DNA of 64,000 bases from Eledone cirrhosa (GCA_964016885.1 OZ024762.1:4340001-4404000); one strand, 5' to 3'; counted from the stretch's first letter, positions 42,009 to 54,489 are shown. The notes: generated by a model not told the origin, from the letters alone. Numbers and translations: made by a program.

Positions 42009-42294
42009 CAACGCTGCTTGGGTATTTTGTTTAAACATGGCTACACCATGTTTAAACAAAATACCCAAGCAGCGCCACATGTTACTAAAGCGCCCCTAAG
42101 ACTATTCCAGAAGTGACGGGTCCATCCATCCGTCCAATACATACATAGCTTCAAACGTTTCAGCGCAGTATTGGCAAGACGACCAGACCAGGACTGGCGT
42201 GTACCAGGAAACCTGTCGGGCGAAATCCTTTCATCGGATTTTGTTCCAGAGGCCTTATTGCCATTTACTTCAAAATTTGGAGTGTTCATTTATA

Positions 42295-42663
42295 TCAGGT
42301 CACCCTTGAAGACAACATCAGGTCACCCTTGAAGACAACATCAGGTCACCCTTGAAGACAACATCAGGTCACCCTTGAAGACAACATCAGGTCACTCTTG
42401 AAGACAACATCAGGTCACTTTTGAAGACAACATCAGGTCACCCTTGAAGACAACATCAGGTCACCCTTGAAGACAACATCAGGTCACCCTTGAAGACATC
42501 AGGTTACCCTTGAAGACAACATCAGGTCACCCTTGAAGACAACATCAGGTCACCCTTGAAGACAACATCAGGTTACCCTTGAAGACAACATCAGGTCACC
42601 CTTGAAGACAACATCAGGTCACCCTTGAAGACAACATCAGGTCACCCTTGAAGACAACATCAG
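42295..42663. repeat. 23-bp minisatellite, ~16 copies
   Basis: Unit atcaggtcacccttgaagacaac. Confidence 0.96.
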
Positions 42664-42890
42664 CTTAGATTATAATCTAAGAACACATCGGTCACTATTG
42701 AGCAGCGACTTTTATATCAGAGTTACCCTCAACGACAGAGATATCCTAAAACACGCAGACACCAGCTTGAGTGTTTCTGTGGCCCTACATTCATTCATCC
42801 GAGTATCGGCTGACAAGTTCATAGACTGAAGGGCCGTAACTCTATACGTCAAAGCATGGCGTCTGACCCTCTACCGATACTGCCAATATT

Positions 42891-43311
42891 TATATATATA
42901 AAGTTGTATTCTTGTTTGTTTGTTCACGAACTCCTCCTATGGTTTTGGAGGTAGACCCCCATAACCATATATATTCTGAAACTACATTGCCCAGGGTACT
43001 TGGATAAGTATATTTCATTTTAAGCAAAGGGTTCCCGGGGGGCACAAACACTCGCTGAAAATTTTTAAATTTTTAGATTTAAAAAAAATTATTTACAAGA
43101 AACAAAATAAGAATAAGATTTAATGTAATTTTGATTTGATATATTACAAAAAAAATAATGTTTTCCAATTTTTCATGCATTACATTTTACATTGAGTAAT
43201 ATTGAAATGCAGAGTTTTTCTCCATAAATTATATCACTGATTTAAAATCAATCATCATTTTCTTACAAAGAAGAAAAATGTGTGAAACGCAGCAAGGCGC
43301 GGGTAATTCGG

Positions 43312-43315
<4 letters not shown>
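42891..43315 (+). mobile_element. Probable non-autonomous Helitron
   Basis: 5' tatatatataaagttg...(tgtt)n; 3' cgcagcaaggcgcggg-taattcgg-CTAA|t. Confidence 0.5.
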
Positions 43316-43363
<48 letters not shown>

Positions 43364-43406
43364 GGAATACTGTTGGCTTCTTGCTACAATACTTTCTATA
43401 CCTTTC

Positions 43407-43458
<52 letters not shown>

Positions 43459-43684
43459 TCCAGTAACTCCACTCTACACTCCAGTAACTCCACTCCACTC
43501 TACACTCCAGTAACTCCACTCCAGTAACATCTATTGCTCTGTATAATTTGTCACCTCTAATGTCCAGTCATGGGCAGACAATCAGATCAGTTTGGCCTTC
43601 ATTATTGATCTGCCCACTAGAAACTAATATCGATCGGTCTAACGTAACGTGCGAAAATGACGACAACGCTGATCGCTGCCTTAG

Positions 43685-43687
43685 TTC

Positions 43688-43734
<47 letters not shown>

Positions 43735-44198
43735 CAGGTAGTAGTTCTGGTGGTGGTATTAATAGCAGTGGTGATGATGATAGTAGTTCGGGTGGTGGTG
43801 GTGGTGGTGGTAGTAGTAGTAGTGGTGGTATCAGGGGTAGTAGTAGTTCTGGTGGTGGTTGTAGTGGTGGTGGTGGTGGTAGTTCTGGTAGTGGTGGTAG
43901 TAGTAGTAGTAGTGGTGGTGGTATTAGGGGTAGTAGTAGTGTTGGTGGTGATGGTAGGGGTAGTAGTAGTGCTGGTGGTGATGGTAGGGGTAGTAGTAGT
44001 GCTGGTGGTGATGGTAGGGGTAGTAGTAGTGCTGGTGGCTGTGTTGTTGTTAGTGTGGTGGTGGTAGTAGTAGTCGTTCTACAGGTGTATTAGTGGTTGT
44101 ATTAGCAGGTGTAACAGTAGTGGTGGCAATAATAGTTTCTGTAATGGAGTGTACTGCTACTGCTACTACTACTACTACTTCTAATAGTGGTGGGGATG

Positions 44199-44249
<51 letters not shown>

Positions 44250-44270
44250 ATAGTCGTGGTGGTGGCGATG

Positions 44271-44308
<38 letters not shown>

Positions 44309-44423
44309 TGTAGTAGTAGTGGTAGTAGTGGTGGTGGTGGTGGTGGTGGTGGCGGTAGTAGTAGTAGTGGTAGTAGTAGTAGTAGTAGTGGTGGTGGTGG
44401 TGGCGGTGGTAGTAGTAGTAGTG

Positions 44424-44472
<49 letters not shown>

Positions 44473-44475
44473 ATG
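43685..44475. repeat. (AGT)n/(GGT)n low-complexity block
   Basis: Directly visible. Confidence 0.95.
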
Positions 44476-44741
44476 AAAGAGAATGTTGACTTCGGCGGGA
44501 TTGTCAGTTGAATGCGGAGAGGAGAGCTAGCGCAAATACCACAAGGTATTTCACCCGATTCTTTGGCGATTCCCATTTCGACCAAGCCATAACAGACAGA
44601 GACACGTGATGATAGCGATGGTGGGGTGTCCGACCTGTCAACTCTCCCCGTCCGACGGGGAGATCTCCCACCCACTTTAGGGTGGGTGAGAAATGTCTTC
44701 TCTTGTAGCAATGGGTATAGCTTTCATTATGTAAGATCTCC

Positions 44742-44991
44742 TGGATTGGCAGTATCGGTAGAGGGTCGGACACCATGCTTTGAAGCATAGAGTTACGTCC
44801 CTTTACGATCCCTTTATAAGCATAAATACTAGGGTCAGACATGCTTTCCAGCGTAGTTACGTCCCTTTACGATCTGAGTTCAAATCCCGCCGAGGTTAAC
44901 TTTGCCTTTCATCCTTACGGGGTCGATAAAATAAAGTACCAGTAATGCACTGGGTAATTGCTGGCCTTGTGCCAATAGTAGAAACAATTAT
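44742..44991 (+). mobile_element. SINE with partial head duplication
   Basis: Head segment agggtc.gac...gttacgtccctttacgatc occurs twice, then the full core and tail. Confidence 0.88.
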
Positions 44992-45523
44992 GTAAAATCT
45001 CCTCATTTTGCTTTATTTCTCCCAGTTTTGGGACACTTTTTTTCCTGATACTCCCCCGTTTGGGTTTTTAGAGGTTGGCATGTCTGGGTTGTGTTGGGTG
45101 ACAGTGAAAGCAGCCACAGAGAAAACTGAGAAGTTGGCCAAGGAAAATATACGTGTACCACCTATTTGGTAGGGGAGCTGCCGGAGATATCTCCGAATGC
45201 AGGAGTCTATGTCTTATAAGACATTGAAACAAGCAGCTCTGCAGGTCTTTCTGTCCCGTGTCTCATACTATTACGACACCAGAACTACTCGGACGGGGGG
45301 CACCCACAGATTTAGGCGACAAAGCCCCTGCACAGCATCACAAATTTCGATGAGTCTCATATTAGGACATTGAGACAAATATCTTTGTCAACCTCGACGC
45401 TTGATATAATTAAATTAAAGCTTCCCCCCGCCCTCCTCACTGTATTAGTCACTATTTAGCTACTTTCGTGAGTCAGATGTAGCGGTCAACTTTCTCACAG
45501 CCTTTATAATATAGATGTATATC

Positions 45524-45971
45524 TTCTTCTTCGCCCACTTATTCCTGAGAGGGTCGTGGAGGCAGAGTGCTCAAACACACCTTCCGGTGGGTCCTATCAG
45601 AACCAACCGTCTTTAATTAATCCGGCCAGTTCCCCAAGCGTGACCAGCCAAGCTCATGGATGTTATCCAAACATCTTGCTGAGGGTCTACCTCTTGGTGT
45701 CCTGCCGGTTGGTTTTGCCCGTAAAATCTGTGCAGAGATTCCTTCCTGAGACATTCTAACCACATGCCCATAGTATCGGAGCTATGATCTCTCAATTCTG
45801 AGAAGTAGCGGCTCTACCTGGAGTGACTCTCTGATCTCCGAGTTATGCTCTTTATCGAAGAGAAGTTCAAGTATCTCGAGGCGGTGTTCTCGAGTGATGG
45901 AAGGAAGGAGGCTGAATTAAGTGCAAGAACTGCAGGGGCCGGTGCAGTTATGTGCCAGCTTCAGCATTTAG
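45524..45971 (-). mobile_element. RTE-clade LINE 3' fragment with inverted 5' segment
   Basis: Minus 45857-45524: SEIRESLQVEPLLLRIERS*LRYYGHVVRM...PTGRTPRGRP...LPPRP plus (gaa)n tail; plus 45858-45971: KKFKYLEAVFSSDGRKEAELSARTAGAGAVM. Confidence 0.85.
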
Positions 45972-45984
45972 TACGCTGATGGCT

Positions 45985-46065
45985 CGCGTACCGGCATCGG
46001 TCCGCGGACCACCACTTTGAGTAGCACTGCTCTAGACCACCATTTTGAGTAGCACTGCTCTAGAT
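45985..46065. mobile_element. hAT/Charlie-like MITE terminus, partly duplicated
   Basis: ggtccgcggaccaccactttgagtagcactg-ctctaga; last ~28 bp repeated. Confidence 0.45.
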
Positions 46066-47010
46066 CACGGGTCTAATATCTTTTCCACTAGACACCTTTA
46101 CAGTCAACTAATGATACAACTTAACTTTGTTTTTTTTCTTTCTTGAAACAAATAGCTGGAATGTTTCCCATAGAAAGGGCGCAAAGTGACAACACGTTTG
46201 AAAGGTCAGAAATATTTTCAGTAAACGGAACCAGACGATTGTCAAAATATAAAAAAGATATATTTAAAAAAAGACACTTGAAAATTCAAACATTTAACGT
46301 GAATGTCAACAGCAAGTTATTATTGCAGTATAGTGATAACATGGCGGTGGTATGGTGGTGGTGGTAGTATGGTGGTGGTGTGGTGGTGGTGGTGGTGGTG
46401 GTGGTGGTGGTAGTGGTGGTGGTGGCTGTAGTGGTGGTGGCTGTAGTGGTTGTGGTGGTGGTGGTGGTGGTGGTGGTGGTAGTGGCTGTAGTGGTGGTGG
46501 TGGCTGTAGTGGTGGTGGTGGCTGTAGTGGTGGTGGTGATGTTTGTTTACGTGATATTAACGATTGCGTTGATGGACTTGAAAGAGAAAAGGCTCAGAAA
46601 CAGAAGAAGAAGAAGAAGAAGAAGAAGAAGAAGAAAAAGAAAAGAAATAAAAGAAAAAAGAAAAAAGAAGTAATGAGGAGGGGAGGGCGGGGATGAGAGA
46701 AGCGTTGATGACAAAGTCTATTATCCCGATAGAGATAATGATTACGGTGGTGGAGATGGTTACGGAGGTGATGGTGATGATGGTGATGTAACATGCCGTT
46801 AGTTGCTTCTAAATGCAGGTTAAATTATCGATAAAATGCCGCACTTGAGTGGCCACTGTCAGAGTATGGGTCATGGTTTTTACAATTTACTGAGATAATT
46901 CTTGTTTAGGAGCAGGTCGACCCACTTATAGCAACCTTATACACGATGCACTAGCCAACTCCTTCCTCTCCCTCCTCCTCTAGGTAACAATGTGGTCATG
47001 TGATGGGGGA

Positions 47011-47430
47011 ACTTATGTAATCTACCATTTAGATGGTAATCAACGGGGATGTTCCTACATTGAAGGTTTTCTCCGTAAACAAACTACACATTCGTATTAA
47101 AGAAGACAAGTTCCTCTGTTAAGGAATATTTAGAAAAATATTCCATCTAAGACATCGCGGTCAATATCAAAACTAAAGATTCGGGAATTTGAGAACTAAA
47201 GTGATCATGTTCATTAATAAACAAAAAATCTCTATTAATAATAGACACGAATTGCAACAAGCTAATTAACTATTCTAACAGTCTACGCATCTCCATACTA
47301 TTCACACATAGCCAACTTATCATTAACAATTTTCTCCTGATAAAGGGCTTTTAACATCGAAATATCAAAATATAATGTAAAAGCTTAAAGTATTGTTTTG
47401 CTTTACTTTGATTTCGTTCGTTTCCACTTC
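47011..47430 (+). pseudogene. Penelope-like GIY-YIG endonuclease relic followed by pLTR with decayed hammerhead
   Basis: Frameshifted peptides VIYHLDGNQRGCSYIE / KLHIRIKE / SSVKEYL / NLRTKVIMFINKQKISINNRHE*; then ctgataa-agggcttttaacatc-GAAA-ta-TC at 47337-47366. Confidence 0.7.
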
Positions 47431-47714
47431 TACATCAACTTGTAATGTACTGGCTTTTCTAAAAACCACACACACACACACACACACAAGTGAAATGCAA
47501 ACACACCCATGCATACTCACAGATACATCTTACACATACATACATACATTGATACATTTACCGATATATATCTTACACACACAAACAGATACATAAATAC
47601 ATACATTCATACAGATACGTACACATATACATACACATAAACACACAGAGATACATATCTTGCATAAATACATGCTTACATACAGAAATACATTCACAGA
47701 TACACATCTCTTTC

Positions 47715-48540
47715 ACACACATACACAGCCGACATACAGATATATATATATATATATATATATACATACAGATTTAAAGCCGACACATACAGATATGCAG
47801 CCGACATTTACAGATACACAGCCGACATAGACATATATATATACAGATACACACCCGACACATACAGATATACACCCGACACATACAAATATACACCCGA
47901 CACATACAAATATACACCCGACACATACAGATATACAGCCGACACACAGATATATATATATATATATATACATACAGATATACAGCCGACACATACAGAT
48001 ATACAGCCGACATAGATAGAGATATATACAAATGCACAGATATACAGCCGACATACACAGAGATATATACAGATATAGAGCCGTCATAGACAGATATAGA
48101 CAGATATACAGCCGACATATACAGATATATATATACAAATATACAGCCGACATATACAGAGATATATATACAAATATACAGCCGACATATACAGAGATAT
48201 ATATATACAAATATACAGCTGACATATACAGAGATATATATATACAAATATACAGCCGACATATACAGAGATATATATATAAATATACAGCCGACATATA
48301 CAGATATATATATATACAAATATACAGCCGACATATACAGAGATATATATATACAAATATACAGCCGACATATACAGAGATATATATATACAAATATACA
48401 GCCGACATATACAGAGATATATATATAAACAAATAGCCGACATATACAGATATATATATATACAAACACAAAGCCGACATATACAGATATATATATATAT
48501 AAACACAAAGCCGACATATACAGATATATATATATATAAA
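47715..48540. repeat. Variable-length minisatellite built on cagccgaca(t/c)atacagat(at)n
   Basis: Recurrent gccgaca core separated by variable TA/CA spacers. Confidence 0.9.
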
Positions 48541-49571
48541 CAACATTCAGGTGGTGAAGCTTGTTTAACGAAATATTTCATTAAGTGGAAATCCATATGT
48601 TCACAGTTGTTGGGTGTAAAATACTAATTCCAGAGAGAGAGGGAGATAGAGAAAGGTAACGAGTTAGATAAAGAGAGGGGGTAGAGAGAGGGGTAGAGCG
48701 AGAGGGGGGTAGAGAGGGGGGGGTATAGGAGGGGGGTATAGAGAGGGGGGGGGGTAGAGAGAGAGGTGGAGAGAGATAGGTAGGTATATAGAAAGATAAT
48801 GAGAGAGAGATAATGAGAGAGATAGAGTGAGAGAAAAAAAGGTAGCGAGAGATAGGTAGATATATATATATAGAGAGAGAGATAAATAGAGAGACAGAGA
48901 GAGAGAGAGGGGGTATAGGGGGGGAAGAGGGGGGTATATGGGGGGGAGGGGGTATAGGGGAGAGAGAGAGAGAGAGAGAGGGGGTATAGGGGAGAGAGAG
49001 AGAGGGTAAGTTGTGGGAGAGACAGAGAGAGGGTAAGTTGTGGGAGAGACAGAGAGATGATAAGTTGTGGGAGAGAGAGAGAGATGATAAGTTGTGGGAG
49101 AGAGAGAGAGATGATAAGTTGTGGGAGATACAGAGAGATGTTTGAGTGATAAAGAAGAGTACGAGAGAATGGTGAAAATGTGTAAATAAATTCGCTAAAA
49201 TGGTGAATAACAGTGCCAAGTAGGAATCAAGTTTATGGAAGTTTCCTGAAAGTTGAAGAAACAGGTTTGTCTGACAGGGATGTGTGTATGGGGGTGGTAT
49301 TAACGCCATATTTGAAGAAATTGAAATTTGTTTACGCTCACAATACGGATATAAATAAATCGGTTTTAAACATTCGCGGTTGGAAAATATATTTTTAAAA
49401 TGTTTAATACTATTCCACATGAAACCGCATCACCTAATATACGGGAGAAAAGTCTCAACTAATAAGTGTGAAACTAATAAGACTTATATATATATAATGA
49501 AAATTGAATTAGAAGATAACTAGGCTAATAATGACGGGGTGTATAGAAACCCACTATGTGCTGATGCCATC

Positions 49572-49610
<39 letters not shown>

Positions 49611-49614
<4 letters not shown>

Positions 49615-49843
49615 GTAGTATAGTTAATACGAAGCCCTGTGAGATATGTAGTAAATGACCGATAAGATTTTAAAAAGCCGGTACAATGTGGTAGAAAATA
49701 CGAAGGGCAAATGATGGTAAATGAAACAAAGCAAAACAAAGTAATGATATTTCGGGGTTAAAACCCTCTTTTCAGATGTGAAGCTGAAACAGTCATAGAT
49801 GAGACAAGCGAACGATTTGAGCTTTCTTTTGTAACAAAGAAAG

Positions 49844-49848
<5 letters not shown>
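49611..49848 (-). mobile_element. (TA)n-bounded insert with decayed hammerhead, related to 47337
   Basis: Minus strand: cat-CTGAAAA-gagggttttaacccc-GAAA-ta-TC-att then gttttgcttt; terminal mini-hairpin gagctttcttt...aaagaaagctc. Confidence 0.5.
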
Positions 49849-49879
<31 letters not shown>

Positions 49880-50309
49880 CACACACACACACTTTATATT
49901 CAATTAAACCAGTAAATTTTGGTTTTGTCTGTTTTGTTGTTTTAATCAACCGTTTGAAGGTGGAACAATTGTAATGTAAATATTAGAGAAGGAAAATATA
50001 TTTAACAACCACAACAATCACAACAACCACAACAATCACAACAACCACAACATTGAAAGTATCAGTGGAATACATTATATAAAGTAATCAAAATATGAAA
50101 TAAAGAATTAATATATTTAATTAATATAGAGACTGGGTGAGAGAGAGATAGTAAGAGTGAGGGGGAGAGAGTGAGACAGTGAGTGAGTTTGTAAGGGGTA
50201 GAGGGATAGTGAGAGAGGGATAGTGACAGAGAAAGTGATAGAGAGATAGTAAGTGTATGTGTGTGTGAGAGTGCGTAGGGATGTGTGAGAGAGAGCGAGA
50301 TCGATCGAG

Positions 50310-50372
<63 letters not shown>

Positions 50373-50567
50373 AGAGAGACAATGAAAGTGAGAGAGAGGA
50401 AATTTAGGAATATGTTAATAGGGGACTTAAATGGATATTGAAATTATAAAACTGCAATTTCCATCGAATATCAGCCACCATTTTAAACAATAGCGTAGAT
50501 TTATTACTTCACTGCATTGTTTAGCAATTTACACAATGGCGCCATTTTCTTTTTTAATATTTGCTCG

Positions 50568-50752
50568 TAGGAGGGTCGGTTGAAATGTTCATAGGTTGGC
50601 TATGAAGGAGTGGTGCTAGAGCTGTGAAATCTTACATGCATTAATTTCAACTCTTCTTATTAATAACTGCATTGTTTCTTGCCAGGGACTATGTTGAAAG
50701 ATAAACCTCATTTGGTCATTCCATGAGAGTATCTTGGTCAACCTATGAACAA
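50568..50752. mobile_element. Mariner-type MITE, right TIR truncated
   Basis: taggagggtcggttgaaatgttcataggttg ... caacctatgaaca. Confidence 0.55.
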
Positions 50753-50789
50753 TTAATATTCTACCTTAGCAGCCATCCATTCATCAAAC

Positions 50790-51045
50790 GTTTGGTAGGT
50801 GTGATTTTTTATAAGGGATTGGGTGGTCCTTAACGACAGCAAATTTTGGTAGGTGTGATTTTTTATAAGGGATTGGGTGGTCCTTAACGACAGCAACTTT
50901 TGGTAGGTGTGATTTTTTATAAGGGATTGGGTGGTCCTTAACGACAGCAACTTTTGGTAGGTGTGATTTTTATAAGGGGTTGGGTGGTCCTTAACAACAA
51001 TGACACCAGTTTTGCTAGGTGTGGCTTTTATAAGGGGTTACTTCA
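50790..51045. repeat. 54-bp tandem repeat, ~4.5 copies
   Basis: Unit tttggtaggtgtgattttttataagggattgggtggtccttaacgacagcaact. Confidence 0.93.
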
Positions 51046-51991
51046 GCCTTAACAATGACATCTTCAGCTACATCATCATTAACAACAACACCATCAGCAG
51101 CAGCTGCAACATCAATAACAACATCAACAACTACTACAATATACCATCAGCAACATCATCATTAATATCATCATCATCAACATCATCATTGCCATCATCG
51201 TCGTCATCATCATTGCCTTCATCACCATCACCACCACATACAAAATACCCCTCCCCCCCTCCTACAGCTGACGCCACCACCACCACATACAAAATACCTC
51301 CCCCCCTCCTACAGCTGACGCCACCACCACCACCACCACCACACACAACATACACCCCCCACACCACCACGCACAACAGACACTCTCCCCCACCACCACC
51401 ACACACAGCAGACACTTCCCCCACCACACACAACAGACACTCCCCCACCACCACACACAACAGACACTCCCCCACCACTACCACACACAAAATACCCCCC
51501 CCCCCCCCACCACCACACACAACAGACACTCCCCCACCATTATCACACACAAAATACCTCTCCCCCTACACCACCACGCACAACATACACTCCCCCACCA
51601 CTACCACACACAACAGACACTCCCCCACCACTACCACACACAACAGACACTCCCCCTACAACTCTCACCACCACCACCACCACATACAGCTCAATTAACA
51701 ATATCCATTTTCTAATTAAAACAACTAGAAGGCAGTATTTTGTGTCTCTCTTCTTCAACAAATGACCTTCCATGTTTAATTTATCCAGTTTCATTGTTTT
51801 ACAGAGATAGAAAGGTTTCGTTATAAAGGTCAGGAAGGAGGCATTAATAAATTAGTTTGAAATTCTTGTAGGCATTTATAGAGACACACTCATAGACACA
51901 CGTAGACACATATACACATACACACACATATATATATATATACATACCTAAATATACACACACATATATACATATGTATGTGTGTGCATAG

Positions 51992-52195
51992 GAACTGCTC
52001 TGTGCCGGTGCTACAGTAAAGCCAGAGTCCTGGTGTTTCTCCAGTGCAAGGCGCATACAATAGTCCACTACGATGATAAAAAGGTAGGGAGCCAATGTAT
52101 CTCCCTGGAGCACTCCAGCCAGTATCTCAAAGAGCTCTGTCATCCCATCAGGTGTAATGACTTGGGCTTTGGTGTGTGGTGTAGAGCAGTGATAT
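51992..52195 (-). mobile_element. Non-LTR reverse transcriptase fragment
   Basis: AQVITPDGMTELFEILAGVLQGDTLAPYLFIIVVDYCMR carries the GVxQGxxLxP motif of LINE RTs. Confidence 0.85.
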
Positions 52196-52461
52196 CAGGT
52201 CCACTATCTTTTCTAGCAGTTTGTTCTCCCATTCAGATCATCAGATCATCAGATACAGTAATACGTATTTCTCTCACCACGTGTTGAACACTAGTTTCTA
52301 ACTTAACATTAGACACGCAAGACACATTACCTGAAACACCAGCTGATGATCTGTGGATAATGTAATTCTTGTAGCATTTAGTGAAACAATCCTTCCATGG
52401 GACTGTATAGTTGTCAGAGTTATGAAGGTACGCTTTCCATTTTAATTAATCTGTTTAATTA

Positions 52462-52652
52462 TAATTGTTTCAACTTTTAGGTACAAGGCCAGCAATTTCT
52501 CAGTGCATTACTGGTACTTTATTTTATCGACCCCGTAAGGATGAAAGGCAAAGTCAACCTAGGCGGGATTTGAACTCAGATCGTAAAGGGACGTAACTAT
52601 GCTGGAAAGCATGGCGTCCGACCCTCTACCGATACTGCCAATCCACCGCCCT
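52462..52652 (-). mobile_element. Full-length SINE
   Basis: Main SINE family; atctgtttaat on both flanks (possible target-site duplication). Confidence 0.92.
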
Positions 52653-52777
52653 ATCTGTTTAATCTGTTTAATTATAATGTATTTCCTGTATCTTTCGCAG
52701 TTTTTATGTCTTTTCTTTTCATGTATTCTCTCCTATATATTTTGAAGAGCCCGGAAAAATTTCCTTGAGTTCATTAT

Positions 52778-52895
52778 TCTGAGTTCAAATCCCGCCGAGG
52801 TTGACTTTGCCTTTCATCCTTACGGGGTCGATAAAATAAAGTACCAGTAATGCACTGGGTAATTGCTGGCTTTGTGCCAAAAGTAGAAACAATTA
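52778..52895 (+). mobile_element. SINE 3' two-thirds
   Basis: Main SINE family, inverted relative to 52462-52652. Confidence 0.9.
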
Positions 52896-52943
52896 TTACT
52901 ACAGGGAACAACGCAGGTCCATTACTCCGTTGCTTCATTTGAT

Positions 52944-53080
<137 letters not shown>

Positions 53081-53395
53081 TGTGTGTGTCTGTGTCTGCG
53101 TGTGTGTGTGTGTGTGTAATGAAATAACGGTGCATGTGAAAAAATGAAAAAAGGAAAAGACTGTCAATCAGGTGTGAAAGCTGATATATTATTGATGTTC
53201 ACATACAAAACAAAAGGGCTACCTAATGTTCCAAAGTCCAATTTTGACCATCTCCTCAGATTGTAAGAGCGATCAAATTTGTGACCTAGTTGTCAGATGT
53301 CTGGACGAGTTTTACTACAACGCGGCCATACCAGGAATGAGGAATCCTATCTGGCTTCGTTGTAGTACTGGCCTTAATAATAATAACTAATATAT

Positions 53396-53453
<58 letters not shown>

Positions 53454-53464
53454 TATATATATAT

Positions 53465-53894
53465 GGAAAGTTATATTTAAATTGTTGGGTTAACAACGAG
53501 TAAATATTTATAACTGATATAAAAGCACTCAACAAGTATTTGGAGTATATTTATGATATTAAATAAATGGAAACTATATTTATAAAACCATATTTATTTC
53601 GTTATATATATTTCAGGGATATCATATTAACAATATGTTATGCCGTCTTCAGACAAAATACAATATAAACAGTCTTATAAATAAATAGATACGACATACC
53701 TTTCAATCACCTTGCATTTGCAATCACCTCCCAAATGCAAGGTGATTGAAAGGTATGTCGTATCTATTTATTTATAAGACTGTTTATATTGTATTTTGTC
53801 TGAAGACGGCATACCATATTGTTAATATGATATCCCTGAAATATATATAACGAAATAAATATGGTTTTATAAATATAGTTTCCATTTATTTAAT

Positions 53895-53900
<6 letters not shown>
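53465..53900 (-). mobile_element. Family A fold-back (~169-bp arms, 11-nt loop, ~87-bp tail) with a hammerhead in each arm
   Basis: Palindrome 53552-53900; + HHR 53793-53856 attttgt-CTGAAGA-cggcataccatattgttaatatgatatccct-GAAA-tatata-TA-acgaaat; mirror on - at 53596-53659. Confidence 0.9.
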
Positions 53901-53932
<32 letters not shown>

Positions 53933-53935
<3 letters not shown>

Positions 53936-54489
53936 TTTCTGAATTTGTTTAGCAAGATTCTTTATCTGAAATCGTGTGTTGAAACCGATATTGTTATACT
54001 TTGGGAGGGTCATGTTGCCAATAAGAAACACACGCACCAGTTGCTTTCACTTCAATTTAATTTATTATATATTTATAAATTTACAAATTTATAAATTTCT
54101 GGTTGGTTGGTTCCACAACCAGATAGTTGTTTATATATATATAGTCATAGTTCTTTCGTCACACACTCTGTGACCTCTTCAGTGACTGGGGATTTCTTTC
54201 TTCGTTTCTGTGCCTTTCCTTTCTTCTATCCTACGCGAAAAATGGCGTAGGATAGAAGAAAGGAAAGGCACAGAAACGAAGAAAGAAATCCCCAGTCACT
54301 GAAGAGGTCACAGAGTGTGTGACGAAAGAACTATGACTATATATATATAAACAACTATCTGGTTGTGGTACCAACCAACCAACCAGAAATTTATAAATTT
54401 GTAAATTTATAAATATATAATAAATTAAATTGAAGTGAAAGCAACTGGTGCGTGTGTTTCTTATTGGCAACATGACCCTCCCAAAGTAT

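Noticed and set aside
52330-52440. Possible minus-strand exon ending at cag|gtaatg
   Set aside because: Two frames are open, but there is no clear acceptor and no recognisable peptide; not supportable.
53933-54025. SECIS-like element in the family E arm/tail junction
   Set aside because: AUGA and GA are present on the minus strand but helix II does not pair.
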